A stretch of DNA of 64,000 nt, taken from the NCBI GenBank assembly GCA_045564975.1, contig JBJLGF010000034.1:123680-187679 (forward strand), read 5' to 3'. Each line of letters starts with the position of its first letter. The stretch's first letter is position 1. This document shows, piece after piece, positions 43,446 through 54,457 of the stretch. The DNA comes from Paracoccaceae bacterium. Lineage in GTDB: Bacteria > Pseudomonadota > Alphaproteobacteria > Rhodobacterales > Rhodobacteraceae. The notes under the pieces are model-generated. The model searched no databases. It saw only the letters and a program-made list of their open reading frames with translations, and had not been told where the DNA came from. Position numbers and translations under genes: made by a program.

Positions 43446-44972
43446 ATGTTGTCGTTTCCGAAATTGGGTGTGAACTTCAAAAACTTACCTCTATTTTTCC
43501 AAGTTCTTGGGATATCTTGCAGTTTGATGATTATTGTTGCTGGGTATGCTCTCGTATCTGATCTTTTTAGAGAAGCGCGAATATTCTTATATACTGGTTT
43601 GACAGGATTTTTGATTTTATCTTTGGTGGTTTTAGCTACATCAAATAGAAATTTAAAAGAAACTGGCTTGTCGCAATTATTTTCGCTTGTTTTTTCTTTC
43701 TTAGTCTTGCCCTTATTTTTAGCTGTTCCTGGTTGGATTATATTACCTAATGTTAATTTTACAGACATATATCTTGATATGGTCAGCGCTTTTACCACTA
43801 CTGGCCTGCCCGTATTTGAAACCGAATTTTTGTCAAAACCCATTCATCTTTGGCGAGCATTAATTGCTTGGTTTGGAGGCGGTCTGATTTGGATTGCTGC
43901 TTTTGTAATTTTATTACCTGCCAACCTTGGAGGTTTTGAAGTTTTTTCAAATAAGCAAGAAGCATTAAATTCTAATAGAAAACTTACACTTGATGAACGT
44001 TCCATTACCTTAGTGAAGGTAAGTCAAAAGCTGGTGCCTTTATATTCGGTTTTGACTATCATTTTATGGGGATTACTCACTATTCTCGGTACAGATGGAT
44101 ATACAAGTTTAATCAGGGCGCTTTCTGTAGTTTCAACTTCTGGTATTTCGGGCCCCTCAAAGTTCGATTTGGATGGAGCTGGGTTGCTCGGTGAAATAGT
44201 GATTTTATTATTTTTATTTTTAGCGGTATCGCATCATATTATCAATTTTATATATCAAAGGATTAAATTTAATAGAATTATAGCTGATACGGAAATTCGT
44301 TTGGGCCTTCTGATGGTATTCATCGTGACGGTTTTGATTTCGTTTAAGCAACTAAGTCAGACAAATATATCTAGCAATTCAATTGACCCACTTGCTAGTA
44401 TATTTAAACTAATTTGGGGAAATTTTTTTACAGCATTTTCATTTATGACCACAAATGGTTATGTTAGTTCGTTCTGGAAAGGTTCTATATCTTCGGATGA
44501 AGTCACCCACATTTCCCTTATTCTAATTGGCCTGTGTTTGTTTGGCGGTGGAGTGGCTACTACAGCTGGAGGAATTAAATTACTTCGAATATCGATTTTA
44601 TTCTCGGCTTTTTCTAATGAAACTGGAAAGTTACTTCATCCATCATCAGTAGTTAATAATAATAAATTTACTAAAAGCTTAGATATTTCGGTTTATATGG
44701 CATGGGTTTTTTTCATGTTGTTTATAGTGTCTCTTGCTACACTAACAATAATTTTATCTATGTTTGGAATTTTGTTTGAAGATTCTTTGTTATTAGTGGT
44801 ATCTTGTTTAACAACAACAGGGCCACTTTTACAGATCGTTGGTCTTGAAAATTATTCGATAATTGAATTATCTCTTTCTTCAAAAATTATCCTTATTCTA
44901 ACCATGATATTAGGAAGGTTGGAGATTTTAGTTGCTTTATCTCTAATAACATTTGGAATTTGGAAAAATTGA
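43446..44972 (+). CDS. trkH: TrkH-family K+ channel subunit (divergent)
   Basis: VSAFTTTG, LWRALIAWFGG, ATTAGGIKLLR, MILGRLE. Confidence 0.88.
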   Translation: MLSFPKLGVNFKNLPLFFQVLGISCSLMIIVAGYALVSDLFREARIFLYTGLTGFLILSLVVLATSNRNLKETGLSQLFSLVFSFLVLPLFLAVPGWIILPNVNFTDIYLDMVSAFTTTGLPVFETEFLSKPIHLWRALIAWFGGGLIWIAAFVILLPANLGGFEVFSNKQEALNSNRKLTLDERSITLVKVSQKLVPLYSVLTIILWGLLTILGTDGYTSLIRALSVVSTSGISGPSKFDLDGAGLLGEIVILLFLFLAVSHHIINFIYQRIKFNRIIADTEIRLGLLMVFIVTVLISFKQLSQTNISSNSIDPLASIFKLIWGNFFTAFSFMTTNGYVSSFWKGSISSDEVTHISLILIGLCLFGGGVATTAGGIKLLRISILFSAFSNETGKLLHPSSVVNNNKFTKSLDISVYMAWVFFMLFIVSLATLTIILSMFGILFEDSLLLVVSCLTTTGPLLQIVGLENYSIIELSLSSKIILILTMILGRLEILVALSLITFGIWKN

Positions 44973-45063
44973 ATTCGATTATTCTCTCTTTTGGTTGATT
45001 TGATTTTTTTTTTGGTATTTATTGATAGTTAGTCAAATAATAATAAAAGGTAAGGCTCCGGAT

Positions 45064-45303
45064 ATGGCTTCTGATCGCCAAAATTTGCAAGATGCGTTTC
45101 TCAATCAAGTGCGTAAAACAAAAATACCTGTTACGGTCTTTTTAATAAATGGAGTAAAATTGCAGGGCGCAATAACGTGGTTCGATAATTTTTGTATTTT
45201 ATTAAGGCGAGATGGGCAATCTCAACTCGTTTATAAGCACGCTGTTTCAACTATTATGCCCACTCAAAGCATTTCTCTTTACGATGGTGAAGAGGAAGGT
45301 TGA
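45064..45303 (+). CDS. hfq: RNA chaperone Hfq
   Basis: [31 protein letters not shown]. Confidence 0.98.
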   Translation: MASDRQNLQDAFLNQVRKTKIPVTVFLINGVKLQGAITWFDNFCILLRRDGQSQLVYKHAVSTIMPTQSISLYDGEEEG

Positions 45304-46580
45304 GAGCAGTCAAAAAAGACATAACCTCCGTTTGGGTTATTCAACCAAAATTAAAAATTAATTTACCGGATAATAATGCTGACCAGTCAATTGGTGAGGC
45401 TAGAGCCTTGGTCAATGCCTTGCCATTCGTGAAAATAATCGGATTAACTTTGGTACCTATTGAAAGAATTCGTCCAAAGGAATTTTTTGGTAGCGGCAAG
45501 GTGGTTGAATTAGCTGAAATATTCAAGTCTACAAAAATAAACTTGGTGATAATAAATGGTCAAATTTCTCCCATTCAGCAACGAAACTTAGAAAAAAAAT
45601 GGCACGTTAAGGTATTAGATAGAACAGCTTTAATTTTAGAAATTTTTTCTGATAGGGCTGTCACTAGAGAGGGCGTTTTACAGGTTGATATGGCAGCATT
45701 GACTTATCAAAGATCTCGACTTGTTCGAGCTTGGACACACTTAGAAAGGCAAAGGGGCGGTCTTGGTTTTGTAGGTGGGCCTGGAGAGACACAAATTGAA
45801 GCTGATAAAAGGGCAATAGATCATCAATTAGTTCGATTAAGACGTCAACTTGACAAAATAAAAAACACAAGGGAACTGCATAGAAAGTCTCGGGCTAAGG
45901 TTCCGTTTCCGATTGTCGCTTTAGTCGGATACACTAATGCAGGTAAATCCACTCTGTTTAATTTGTTAACTGGGGCCAGCGAGTTTTCTGAGGATATGTT
46001 GTTTGCGACTCTTGACCCAAAAATGAGAGCTATTAATTTGGACAATAGAATAAAAATCATACTGTCAGATACAGTTGGATTTATTTCTGATCTTCCAACG
46101 GAACTGATAGCAGCATTTAGAGCAACTCTGGAAGAAGTTTTAGCTGCTGATTTAATTCTCCACGTGCGAGACATATCTCATGATAATACAGAAAATCAGG
46201 CTGCGGAGGTGAAAAAAATTTTGAAAAATATTGGTATTTCTGAGTCAACTCCCGTTTTAGAATTATGGAATAAAATGGATAAAGTTGAACCTGAAAAACT
46301 AAAAGGTTTAAAAAATATTGCCGAAAGAAGGGTATCTGTGTGCTCTTTATCTGCTACGACTGGTGAGGGCGTTTCAGGCCTCGTTGAAGCCATAAAAAAT
46401 CAAGTGGAACCTCAAAAGTTTTCTGAAACAGTGTTAATTCCTTTCGAATTTGGCAAACAGAAAGCTTGGCTACATGAAAATGGTGTTGTAATTAATGAAG
46501 TCTATACTGACATTGGATTTAAATTTGATGTAATTTGGTCTGCTCGACAAAAAGAAAAGTTTTACTCTTTCAGTCATTAA
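45300..46580 (+). CDS. hflX: Ribosome-splitting GTPase HflX
   Basis: [40 protein letters not shown]. Confidence 0.96.
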   Translation: MRAVKKDITSVWVIQPKLKINLPDNNADQSIGEARALVNALPFVKIIGLTLVPIERIRPKEFFGSGKVVELAEIFKSTKINLVIINGQISPIQQRNLEKKWHVKVLDRTALILEIFSDRAVTREGVLQVDMAALTYQRSRLVRAWTHLERQRGGLGFVGGPGETQIEADKRAIDHQLVRLRRQLDKIKNTRELHRKSRAKVPFPIVALVGYTNAGKSTLFNLLTGASEFSEDMLFATLDPKMRAINLDNRIKIILSDTVGFISDLPTELIAAFRATLEEVLAADLILHVRDISHDNTENQAAEVKKILKNIGISESTPVLELWNKMDKVEPEKLKGLKNIAERRVSVCSLSATTGEGVSGLVEAIKNQVEPQKFSETVLIPFEFGKQKAWLHENGVVINEVYTDIGFKFDVIWSARQKEKFYSFSH

Positions 46581-49041
46581 GTATTTTTGGTGAAATGGTA
46601 GTGACACCCAAGGATGCGCCCCGCGCCAAATCGGGATCCAATGACATAGGAACGTATTCGCCCCGTCTCCATAAATTTCCCAAATCGTCATAATGCCGAG
46701 ATAAAAAATGCCCAGATTGCCCAGTAGAAATTATAAAAACTGAACTATCAGGATCTGCAAAATCATAAACCCCTCTATACACAGCGGCATGAATATTCCT
46801 AAAAGGTCTATTTTCGCTTCGTGCAGTTTTACCCCTCATCAGGGTATTGTCACCACCGGAAGTGGATTGATGAATATTAACAAGAAATTTAAGGATTGGT
46901 ATATTGCCTAGGGTTTCATGCCTATGAAAAGCTTCATGAGCGTCTCCCCATCTAAGAGCATCTAAATTTTTTCCGTATTGGTCCTGAAGCCACAACAGCG
47001 CTTCATCAAGCGATTTTAATGAAATTTCGGCGCAGGTTTCTTTATGAATACTGTGTTTTATATCGCACCAATTGGATGCGCCATCTATGTCGCGAAAAAC
47101 TTTTTCGATAAAAATAGGCTCTATATGATTGAATTTTTTTGATAATATTCCTAGTTCGTCATCAATTAAATTTTTTTGCAAAAATTTCATCCAGGTAGAA
47201 TAAATTAAAGGTTCAGGCAGATGTTCATTCATTTCGCCGTTCCAAGACGCCAGCATCGAAACAGCGTCGAAACGTAATCTTTCTTTACTTCCTTGGTCAC
47301 CCATGGGTTGAGTATACCATAGTTCTGATCCAATAATTGGTAAGAGTGATCTAGCCGTTGGCGAAACAATGTCTAATTGTGCTTCTATAAAGCTTTCTCT
47401 GGTGTGAACCTCTCTATTCTGCATAAGTTTTTGAAATCGCGATATTCTTTGTGTATCACCCCAAAAATATGAAACGTGTTTTGGAAATTTTTCTTCAGAT
47501 ATTTTGTTGTTAGTATTACCTAATATATCTCCTGGAGAACTAACCGTAATTGGATTGACCTCATAACTCCAATAACCTCGCCAAGTATTTTCAGGTTTCC
47601 AACCCAAAGACGGCATTCTACCTTTTGTTTGATTTAAAGGAGATCGCTTTGGCATTTTGCCGACTGTTTTGAGTATCATTTCTTTATCATCAATCAGTAA
47701 AAAGTTTAAAGATGGAGCGTAAAAGTTCTCCAAGGCACTTAAACCTGACTGAACGTCTTGGCTGAGCATTAAATTGATTGCCGATGAAACTGAAGTATCG
47801 TTAGCTTCTAAGGCCGTCCAAGATAATGAAGCAACATAATTCTTGGGAGTGATACTTGATAATCCAAAGGCATTATTGGGTAAAACAGGCCCATTCCTAG
47901 TCCATCTTCTTTCAATTTCAATATCAGATGAATTTTTAACTTTAATATATTGTCGATCAATTTTAAATTGTTTCCACCCATTTTCAGTTTTGTAAAGTTT
48001 TGGGTTTGAAGAATGTCGCTCTTCCATAAAAATATCCTGATCATCAAGATAAGATGCTGTAATGCCCCAGGCTAACTTTTTATTTCTGCCACTTAATATA
48101 ATTGGAGTGCCAGGAATACTTGCTCCAATAACCCCGCCTGTATCTAATTGTATTCTAGCCAAGTAAAATAACGACGGTGCTGATAGTTCGAAATGTGGAT
48201 CATTTGCCATCAGAGATCCATTGGAAGCCGATCTTTCCTTGGTTGCGCCAAAGACATTTGAGGCACCTGCCATTTCCCAACTTGGTAACTTAAACAAAGC
48301 TGCTAATTTTTCTTTTTTATCTGACGAGGGAAAAAAATTTGAAGATAGTTGTTCGAGGTCTTGAAGATTAGTGACTGGTTTGCCTGGTGAATCTGGTAGC
48401 AAAGCAGATACCATTTTATGATCATCAACTGCGAGTAGCGTTTTGGCATAGGTTACTTCAGCGTCAATATGGCCAGTCATTTTTAAAGAAAGTAACTTAA
48501 AGATAGCAATACTATCCGCAGGCCGCCACAAAGAGAATTCATTAGGGTATAAAAACATTTCAGGCGAACCTCGCCCAAGCGCTTCGGTATTAATTTCCTT
48601 AACTCTGGCGTTTATGCCATCTGAATAAGCTTTTAAAATTGACTTAGTTCGTTCCGATTGATGTTTTACAGAAGACCTCGCTAAGTTGTAAAGATCTAAC
48701 CTTCTAACAAATTCATCAAGTTCTAATGTTTTTTGACCAAATAATTCTGACAGGCGCCCTTGAGCTGACCTCCTTAAAATATTTAATTGCCAAAAGCGAT
48801 CTTGTGCATGGGCATAGCCTAAAGCAAAAAAAGCATCGTTATCGTTCATTGAGAATATGTGAGGAATATTCGCAGAGTCTCTTATAATTTTGACCCTTTC
48901 TGTTATATCTTCAGCGACTAAATTATTATTGTAATTTGGAAGAGAGCGTGACGCCAGATAATAGCTGGTCATAGCTATTATGGAAATTAAAATGCAAAAA
49001 CTAACTAAGGCTAGGCTTAACCATTTAATTAATATCGACAT
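46570..49041 (-). CDS. Penicillin acylase family Ntn hydrolase (membrane anchored)
   Basis: PHIFS, GYAHAQDR, autoprocessing AS(N) site, ANDPH, GQSGH. Confidence 0.9.
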   Translation of the reverse strand: MSILIKWLSLALVSFCILISIIAMTSYYLASRSLPNYNNNLVAEDITERVKIIRDSANIPHIFSMNDNDAFFALGYAHAQDRFWQLNILRRSAQGRLSELFGQKTLELDEFVRRLDLYNLARSSVKHQSERTKSILKAYSDGINARVKEINTEALGRGSPEMFLYPNEFSLWRPADSIAIFKLLSLKMTGHIDAEVTYAKTLLAVDDHKMVSALLPDSPGKPVTNLQDLEQLSSNFFPSSDKKEKLAALFKLPSWEMAGASNVFGATKERSASNGSLMANDPHFELSAPSLFYLARIQLDTGGVIGASIPGTPIILSGRNKKLAWGITASYLDDQDIFMEERHSSNPKLYKTENGWKQFKIDRQYIKVKNSSDIEIERRWTRNGPVLPNNAFGLSSITPKNYVASLSWTALEANDTSVSSAINLMLSQDVQSGLSALENFYAPSLNFLLIDDKEMILKTVGKMPKRSPLNQTKGRMPSLGWKPENTWRGYWSYEVNPITVSSPGDILGNTNNKISEEKFPKHVSYFWGDTQRISRFQKLMQNREVHTRESFIEAQLDIVSPTARSLLPIIGSELWYTQPMGDQGSKERLRFDAVSMLASWNGEMNEHLPEPLIYSTWMKFLQKNLIDDELGILSKKFNHIEPIFIEKVFRDIDGASNWCDIKHSIHKETCAEISLKSLDEALLWLQDQYGKNLDALRWGDAHEAFHRHETLGNIPILKFLVNIHQSTSGGDNTLMRGKTARSENRPFRNIHAAVYRGVYDFADPDSSVFIISTGQSGHFLSRHYDDLGNLWRRGEYVPMSLDPDLARGASLGVTTISPKILND

Positions 49042-49124
49042 GAATCATTCTGGACAAAAGTTATCTCCTTGCAACATCTGTACTTAAGAGACAGAATTAG
49101 GAAAGTAAAATGTTAGGTGTTAAT

Positions 49125-50000
49125 ATGAAAAATTTAGCTTTTATTGGTTTGGGCGTTATGGGTTTCCCAATGGCTGGTCATTTGGCGAAAGCTGGGCACC
49201 GCCTGAAAGTATATAATCGAAGCTCCCATAAATCCAAAAAATGGCACTTCGAATACGGTGGAGAGATTGCAGCAACTCCTGCCGAAGCCGCAGATGGTGC
49301 GGATTTTGTAATGTGTTGTGTTGGAAACGACGACGATTTACGTGAAGTTACCGTTGGGACGAATGGAGCATTTTCAAAAATTGGGAAAGGTTCAATTTTT
49401 GTGGACCATACCACTGTATCAACCCGTGTTACAAAAGAACTTTTTGATATAAGCACCGATAGTGGGTTCGATTTTATTGATGCACCTATATCCGGAGGGC
49501 AGGCTGGCGCAGAAAATGGATTACTGTCAATAATGTGCGGTGGTAATCAGCGTGCATTTACCAAAGTACAGCCTATTTTGAAAATATATTCGAAAATATG
49601 TAAGAGAATTGGTGAAAGCGGAACTGGTCAACAGACAAAGATGTGCAATCAGATTGCTATTGCAGGGTTAGTTCAGGGACTTTCTGAGGCACTTCATTTT
49701 GCAGAAAAGGCAGGTTTAGATGGTAGGGATGTTGTTGAAGTGATTTCCCAGGGGGCTGCGGGCAGTTGGCAGATGGAAAATAGATATGAGACAATGCTTG
49801 ATAATGACTTTGATCATGGTTTTGCAGTTGATTTGATGCGAAAAGATTTAAAAATTTGTTTAGAAACTTCCGATCAGATAGGCGCAAGCCTACCCGTTAC
49901 TGCATTGGTTAATGATTTTTATAAAGATGTACAAAAATTAGGGGGCGCTCGATGGGATACTTCGTCGTTGATAGCTAGACTTAGAGCTTTGGAAAAATGA
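49125..50000 (+). CDS. NAD(P)-dependent beta-hydroxyacid dehydrogenase (3-hydroxyisobutyrate dehydrogenase family)
   Basis: FIGLGVMG, DAPISGGQAGA, KMCNQI, FAVDLMRKDL. Confidence 0.92.
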   Translation: MKNLAFIGLGVMGFPMAGHLAKAGHRLKVYNRSSHKSKKWHFEYGGEIAATPAEAADGADFVMCCVGNDDDLREVTVGTNGAFSKIGKGSIFVDHTTVSTRVTKELFDISTDSGFDFIDAPISGGQAGAENGLLSIMCGGNQRAFTKVQPILKIYSKICKRIGESGTGQQTKMCNQIAIAGLVQGLSEALHFAEKAGLDGRDVVEVISQGAAGSWQMENRYETMLDNDFDHGFAVDLMRKDLKICLETSDQIGASLPVTALVNDFYKDVQKLGGARWDTSSLIARLRALEK

Positions 50001-50373
50001 GCAGATCAAAAATAATGGAATTTTATCTATTGTAATTGATAGCAGATCCTCGTTATTGTTAATTGGCAGAGTAATTGCTTTACTTTGACTGAAGAATTCA
50101 AGAGTTTTCCCAGGTTGCTTTCTTTTAAGAGGGCCCAGTTAAACTAGTTGATGGGGCCTTTAGGCCTTTATATCCCTTTTTTGTAAGGGAAGAAGTTGGC
50201 AGCTGAAGCTGCTGGAGAGAAATTGTGATGTCAAACACGTTAAAATCTAACGCTTGTGCAATTATAGAATTGAATAGTTTCAATTCTGGAATAGACATCG
50301 CCCAATCAGGACAGCTGAACATAACGGATTGGCAATCTATGACCTTTCCTATGTTTGTTGATATATGGAAGTT

Positions 50374-53115
50374 ATGGCAAAAAAAATGCTTATCGATGCG
50401 ACGCATGCCGAGGAAACTCGTATTGTGGTCGTTGAAGGAAATAAGGTCGAGGAGTTTGACTTTGAGTCAGATAACCGGCGGCAACTTGCGGGTAATATTT
50501 ACTTAGCAAAAGTTACACGAATTGAACCGTCATTGCAGGCGGCTTTTATCGATTATGGCGGAAACCGACATGGCTTTCTGGCTTTTTCGGAAATTCATCC
50601 TGACTATTATCAAATACCAATAGCTGATCGTGAAGCCTTAATGGAAGAAGAACGGGCTTTTTCTGAAGCTATGCGAAGAAAAGATGATGATGAGGCAGTT
50701 AGACAGATTGATGAAAATGATCTTTCGAAAGAAGAAAATGAAGAGAGTGCTTCAGAGAGTCCCAAAGCCTTAGATGCTTCAAGTTCAATAGAAGATAATA
50801 GTAATCAAGTTGATACTGGTGAGGGTGGAGAGGAAACTACAGAAGTAAAATCTAAACGGTTAGGCAGTAAACGAAAGGATATACCAAAAAAGAAGGCTGA
50901 AAAAAACAAAACCAATAAGGAAGATATTCAATCAGTCGAAACCAAAGAGGAAAAAAAGCCTCGTGGCAGGCCTAGAAAATCTATTAAGCCTATTGCTGCA
51001 AACATAGAAACTGAATCAAGTGATGAAGTGGTAAACTCAGATGATTTAGGAAGCCAAGTTAATGAGGAAAAATCTGGTAAAGAAGTAGCTGACAGTAATG
51101 AATCCGGCCGTAATAAGCGTCGTTACAACAGGCGTGCTCGTAAAAAAAGTGATGACATTATAGAGAAGGACCTAGGGTCTAGTGAAAAAGATACCAGTGC
51201 AGAGATAAAAGAAAAAGAAAAGGGTGGGGTAAGCGTTGACCCTAAAAAGGAAATAGAGCCAGTTTCAGAGTTTGACGATGATTTAGATATTAGGCGCATT
51301 AGAAAGCCACGGCAGCGTAGATATAAAATTCAGGAAGTAATTAAAGTTCGGCAAATAATGTTGGTTCAGGTTGTTAAAGAGGAGCGTGGAAACAAAGGTG
51401 CAGCACTTACTACTTATCTATCATTAGCAGGGCGTTATTGTGTTCTCATGCCAAATACAGCTCGTGGTGGAGGAATTAGCAGAAAAATTACAAACCTGTC
51501 CGACAGAAAAAAATTAAAAGAGATTGCTAATGAAATAGATGTTCCTGTAGGTGCTGGTCTTATCGTTAGAACTGCGGGAGCAAAGAGAACTAAAACAGAA
51601 ATTAAACGAGATTATGAATATTTACAGCGTCTCTGGGAACAAATCAGAGAATTGACCCTTAAATCAATAGCTCCAAACAAAATTTATGAGGAAGGAGATT
51701 TGATAAAAAGATCTATTAGAGATCTTTATAATCGCGATATAGACGAGGTTCTTGTAGAGGGTGAGCGCGGTTATAAAAATGCAAAAGACTTCATGAAAAT
51801 GATAATGCCTAGCCATGCGAAAAATGTTAAATATTATCATGATGGGCTTCCTCTTTTTGCAAGATACCAGGTCGAAAGTTTTCTCAGTGCAATGTTCAAT
51901 CCGGTAGTTCAGCTTAAATCGGGCGGATACATTGTGATTGGGATAACAGAAGCGCTCGTTGCAATTGATGTAAACTCGGGTCGTGCAACCAAGGAAGGTT
52001 CTATTGAAGATACCGCTTTAAAAACAAATCTAGAAGCAGCTGACGAAATATCTCGTCAGTTAAGATTAAGAGATTTGGCCGGATTAATTGTTATTGATTT
52101 TATCGATATGGATGAGCGAAGAAACAATGCCAGCGTTGAAAGAAGAATTAAGGATAGATTGAAATCTGACAGAGCACGTATTCAGTTGGGGCGCATCTCA
52201 GGATTTGGCTTGTTAGAAATGAGTAGGCAGAGATTAAGGCCTGGAATGTTAGAGGCAACAACACAAAGCTGCCCGTCATGTCACGGAACAGGTTTAATTC
52301 GATCAGATGACAATCTTGCTTTATCCATACTTCGGCAAATTGAAGAAGAGGGCGTTCGAAAGCGATCTCAAGAAGTGGTTGTTAAGTGTCCTGTTAGTGT
52401 TGCTAATTATATTATGAACCAGAAACGTGATTATATAGCATCGATTGAAAGGAATTATCTTCTATCCGTGCGAGTTGAAGGGGATATAAACTTAGTAAGC
52501 CCAGAATATTCTATCGAAAAGTTAAAGTCGGCAACTCGTATAGTGACTGAAGAGGAACCAGAGCTTGTAACAGCCGATGGTATAATGGGAGTCTCAGAAG
52601 AAGAAACAAACGAAAACCCAAAAGACGAGGACGAAAAACCAAAAAAAAATCGTCGAAGGCGTCGCCGTAGAAAAAAACATTTTGCGAATGAAGAAGATGC
52701 AAAGTTAAATCAGGAAGAGACTGAAGAGGTAAATTCTTTAGTTAATGATACGTCTGAAAATTCGTCACCATACAAAAAAAACATATCTAGCAAAAAAAGT
52801 GAAAATAAAAAGAGCACACAGGAGAGAAATAAGAGTAGAAAAAATACTAATACTGGAGAGTCTTTCCCAAGCTCAACCCAAGATATCGTAAGTCTTGAAG
52901 CTAGGGAGCCATCTGATTCAAAAGTTAACCAAAAAGCAACTCCCACCAAAATTATAGAAGAAAACAATTCGACAAATGATCGAAATGAATCATCAAAACA
53001 AGAAAGGAAATCATCTAAAAAAAGCGCAAATAATGAAGGTTTAGGCTTAAATGATGAAGGTAATGATGAAAATTCAAAACCGAAACGTCGTGGATGGTGG
53101 TCTTTGAAAACTTAA
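50374..53115 (+). CDS. rne: Ribonuclease E
   Basis: MLIDATHAEETR, GNIYLAKVTRIEPSLQAAF, AIDVNSG, IDFIDM, CPSCHGTG Zn-link, C-terminal RGWW. Confidence 0.96.
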   Translation: MAKKMLIDATHAEETRIVVVEGNKVEEFDFESDNRRQLAGNIYLAKVTRIEPSLQAAFIDYGGNRHGFLAFSEIHPDYYQIPIADREALMEEERAFSEAMRRKDDDEAVRQIDENDLSKEENEESASESPKALDASSSIEDNSNQVDTGEGGEETTEVKSKRLGSKRKDIPKKKAEKNKTNKEDIQSVETKEEKKPRGRPRKSIKPIAANIETESSDEVVNSDDLGSQVNEEKSGKEVADSNESGRNKRRYNRRARKKSDDIIEKDLGSSEKDTSAEIKEKEKGGVSVDPKKEIEPVSEFDDDLDIRRIRKPRQRRYKIQEVIKVRQIMLVQVVKEERGNKGAALTTYLSLAGRYCVLMPNTARGGGISRKITNLSDRKKLKEIANEIDVPVGAGLIVRTAGAKRTKTEIKRDYEYLQRLWEQIRELTLKSIAPNKIYEEGDLIKRSIRDLYNRDIDEVLVEGERGYKNAKDFMKMIMPSHAKNVKYYHDGLPLFARYQVESFLSAMFNPVVQLKSGGYIVIGITEALVAIDVNSGRATKEGSIEDTALKTNLEAADEISRQLRLRDLAGLIVIDFIDMDERRNNASVERRIKDRLKSDRARIQLGRISGFGLLEMSRQRLRPGMLEATTQSCPSCHGTGLIRSDDNLALSILRQIEEEGVRKRSQEVVVKCPVSVANYIMNQKRDYIASIERNYLLSVRVEGDINLVSPEYSIEKLKSATRIVTEEEPELVTADGIMGVSEEETNENPKDEDEKPKKNRRRRRRRKKHFANEEDAKLNQEETEEVNSLVNDTSENSSPYKKNISSKKSENKKSTQERNKSRKNTNTGESFPSSTQDIVSLEAREPSDSKVNQKATPTKIIEENNSTNDRNESSKQERKSSKKSANNEGLGLNDEGNDENSKPKRRGWWSLKT

Positions 53116-53121
53116 CTTTGT

Positions 53122-53385
53122 TCAACGCTCGATTATAAACAGGTAATAATTGGTTTCTTGAAGTCTTTGTATTATCTGGTGGCCCTGCTCACTACAAAAG
53201 TGAGGAATATCTACCAGAGCAGCAGGATCATCGGTAAGCAATTTAATTTTTTCGGTTTGTGAAATATTTTGGATTGCTTTTCTTAGTTTCAAAACTGGGA
53301 GAGGGCATAGCAGACCCCTTGTATCTAACTCAATCAACCTTGTACCCCATATTAACTGACCATCAATTAGAGTAATGCGGTTCAA
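53122..53385 (-). CDS. tusA: Sulfur carrier TusA family protein
   Basis: LDTRGLLCPLPVLK, DDPAALVDIPHFC; true start probably further downstream. Confidence 0.88.
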   Translation of the reverse strand: MNRITLIDGQLIWGTRLIELDTRGLLCPLPVLKLRKAIQNISQTEKIKLLTDDPAALVDIPHFCSEQGHQIIQRLQETNYYLFIIER

Positions 53386-53434
53386 TCAATATGTACAGCG
53401 TGACCTTTTACTAATTCTAAACTATTAAGACGCT

Positions 53435-54184
53435 ATGTTTGGAATCGAAATAATTGATGCAAACTTGCTGCCAGGGCTTATTGTGGCTTTTATTGCTGGG
53501 CTAATTTCTTTTTTAAGCCCCTGCGTTCTTCCTATTGTTCCTCCCTACATAGCCTATATGAGTGGCGTCGCTTTGACCAAAATTGAGAATAGAAAAGGGC
53601 GTCAAAAAATAGTTTTAACCGCATTATTTTTTGTTTTAGGTTTGTCAACGGTATTTATTTTTCTAGGATTTTCAGCATCAGCCATAGGAGCAATATTTTT
53701 TGAATATCAAGCATTATTAAATACGATTGCTGGTCTTGTTATAATGTTATTTGGGCTTCATTTTCTGGGTATTTATCGTTTGCAATTCTTGAATAGGGAG
53801 GCCAGATTTGAGGTTGAGAACTACCAAGGAACAGTTTTTGGTTCTTATGTGCTTGGCCTTGCTTTTGCTTTTGGTTGGACGCCTTGCATTGGTCCTCAGC
53901 TAGGGGCTATTTTGAGTTTGGCAGCTTCAAATGGTTCTATCGTAAAAGGCACTGTGTTATTGGCTTTTTATGCAATGGGTCTTGGAATACCTTTTTTAAT
54001 TTTTGCAATTTTTATTAATAGGTTGGAAGGGTTTCTTAAGTTCTTTAAGCAGTACTTCAAAATAATTGAACGAATAATGGGTCTATTGCTTTGGACGGTA
54101 GGTCTATTGATGTTAACCGGCGGCTTTTCTTCTATTTCATTCTGGCTATTAGAAACATTTCCGGTTCTTGGTATTCTTGGATGA
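53435..54184 (+). CDS. ccdA: Cytochrome c biogenesis protein CcdA
   Basis: SFLSPCVLP and GWTPCIGP. Confidence 0.93.
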   Translation: MFGIEIIDANLLPGLIVAFIAGLISFLSPCVLPIVPPYIAYMSGVALTKIENRKGRQKIVLTALFFVLGLSTVFIFLGFSASAIGAIFFEYQALLNTIAGLVIMLFGLHFLGIYRLQFLNREARFEVENYQGTVFGSYVLGLAFAFGWTPCIGPQLGAILSLAASNGSIVKGTVLLAFYAMGLGIPFLIFAIFINRLEGFLKFFKQYFKIIERIMGLLLWTVGLLMLTGGFSSISFWLLETFPVLGILG

Positions 54185-54186
54185 TG

Positions 54187-54420
54187 TTAGGTATTTTCAA
54201 GTCTTTTTAGTAAATCAACCAATACAAGGTTCCTTATCAAAGAAGCCAGGCTTACGGAGTTTAGTTCGCGGGCTGAGTCTAATTCTGAAACTAACGCGTT
54301 TACGCTAATCTTTTTTCTATAAGCTATTTTGCAAAACTCTTCCCAGAATTTATCCTCTATACTTACCGAGGTTCGATGGCCTTTAAGAGTTAGTGAACGT
54401 TTTTTTGGTATTGTAGACAT
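54187..54420 (-). CDS. Ribbon-helix-helix domain protein
   Basis: KRSLTLKGHRTSVSIE..FW, LASLIR. Confidence 0.85.
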   Translation of the reverse strand: MSTIPKKRSLTLKGHRTSVSIEDKFWEEFCKIAYRKKISVNALVSELDSARELNSVSLASLIRNLVLVDLLKRLENT

Positions 54421-54457
54421 TTATTCCGTTAGAAATTAATTAAAAATTTACAAGAAT

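Noticed and set aside
50125-50506. 93-aa ORFs on both strands upstream of rne
   Set aside because: They overlap the rne start and have no motifs; the region is better explained as a structured leader.
50630-51320. Low-complexity E/K/S-rich insert in RNase E as a foreign insertion or intein
   Set aside because: A charged insertion in the S1 domain is typical of alphaproteobacterial RNase E, and there are no splicing motifs.
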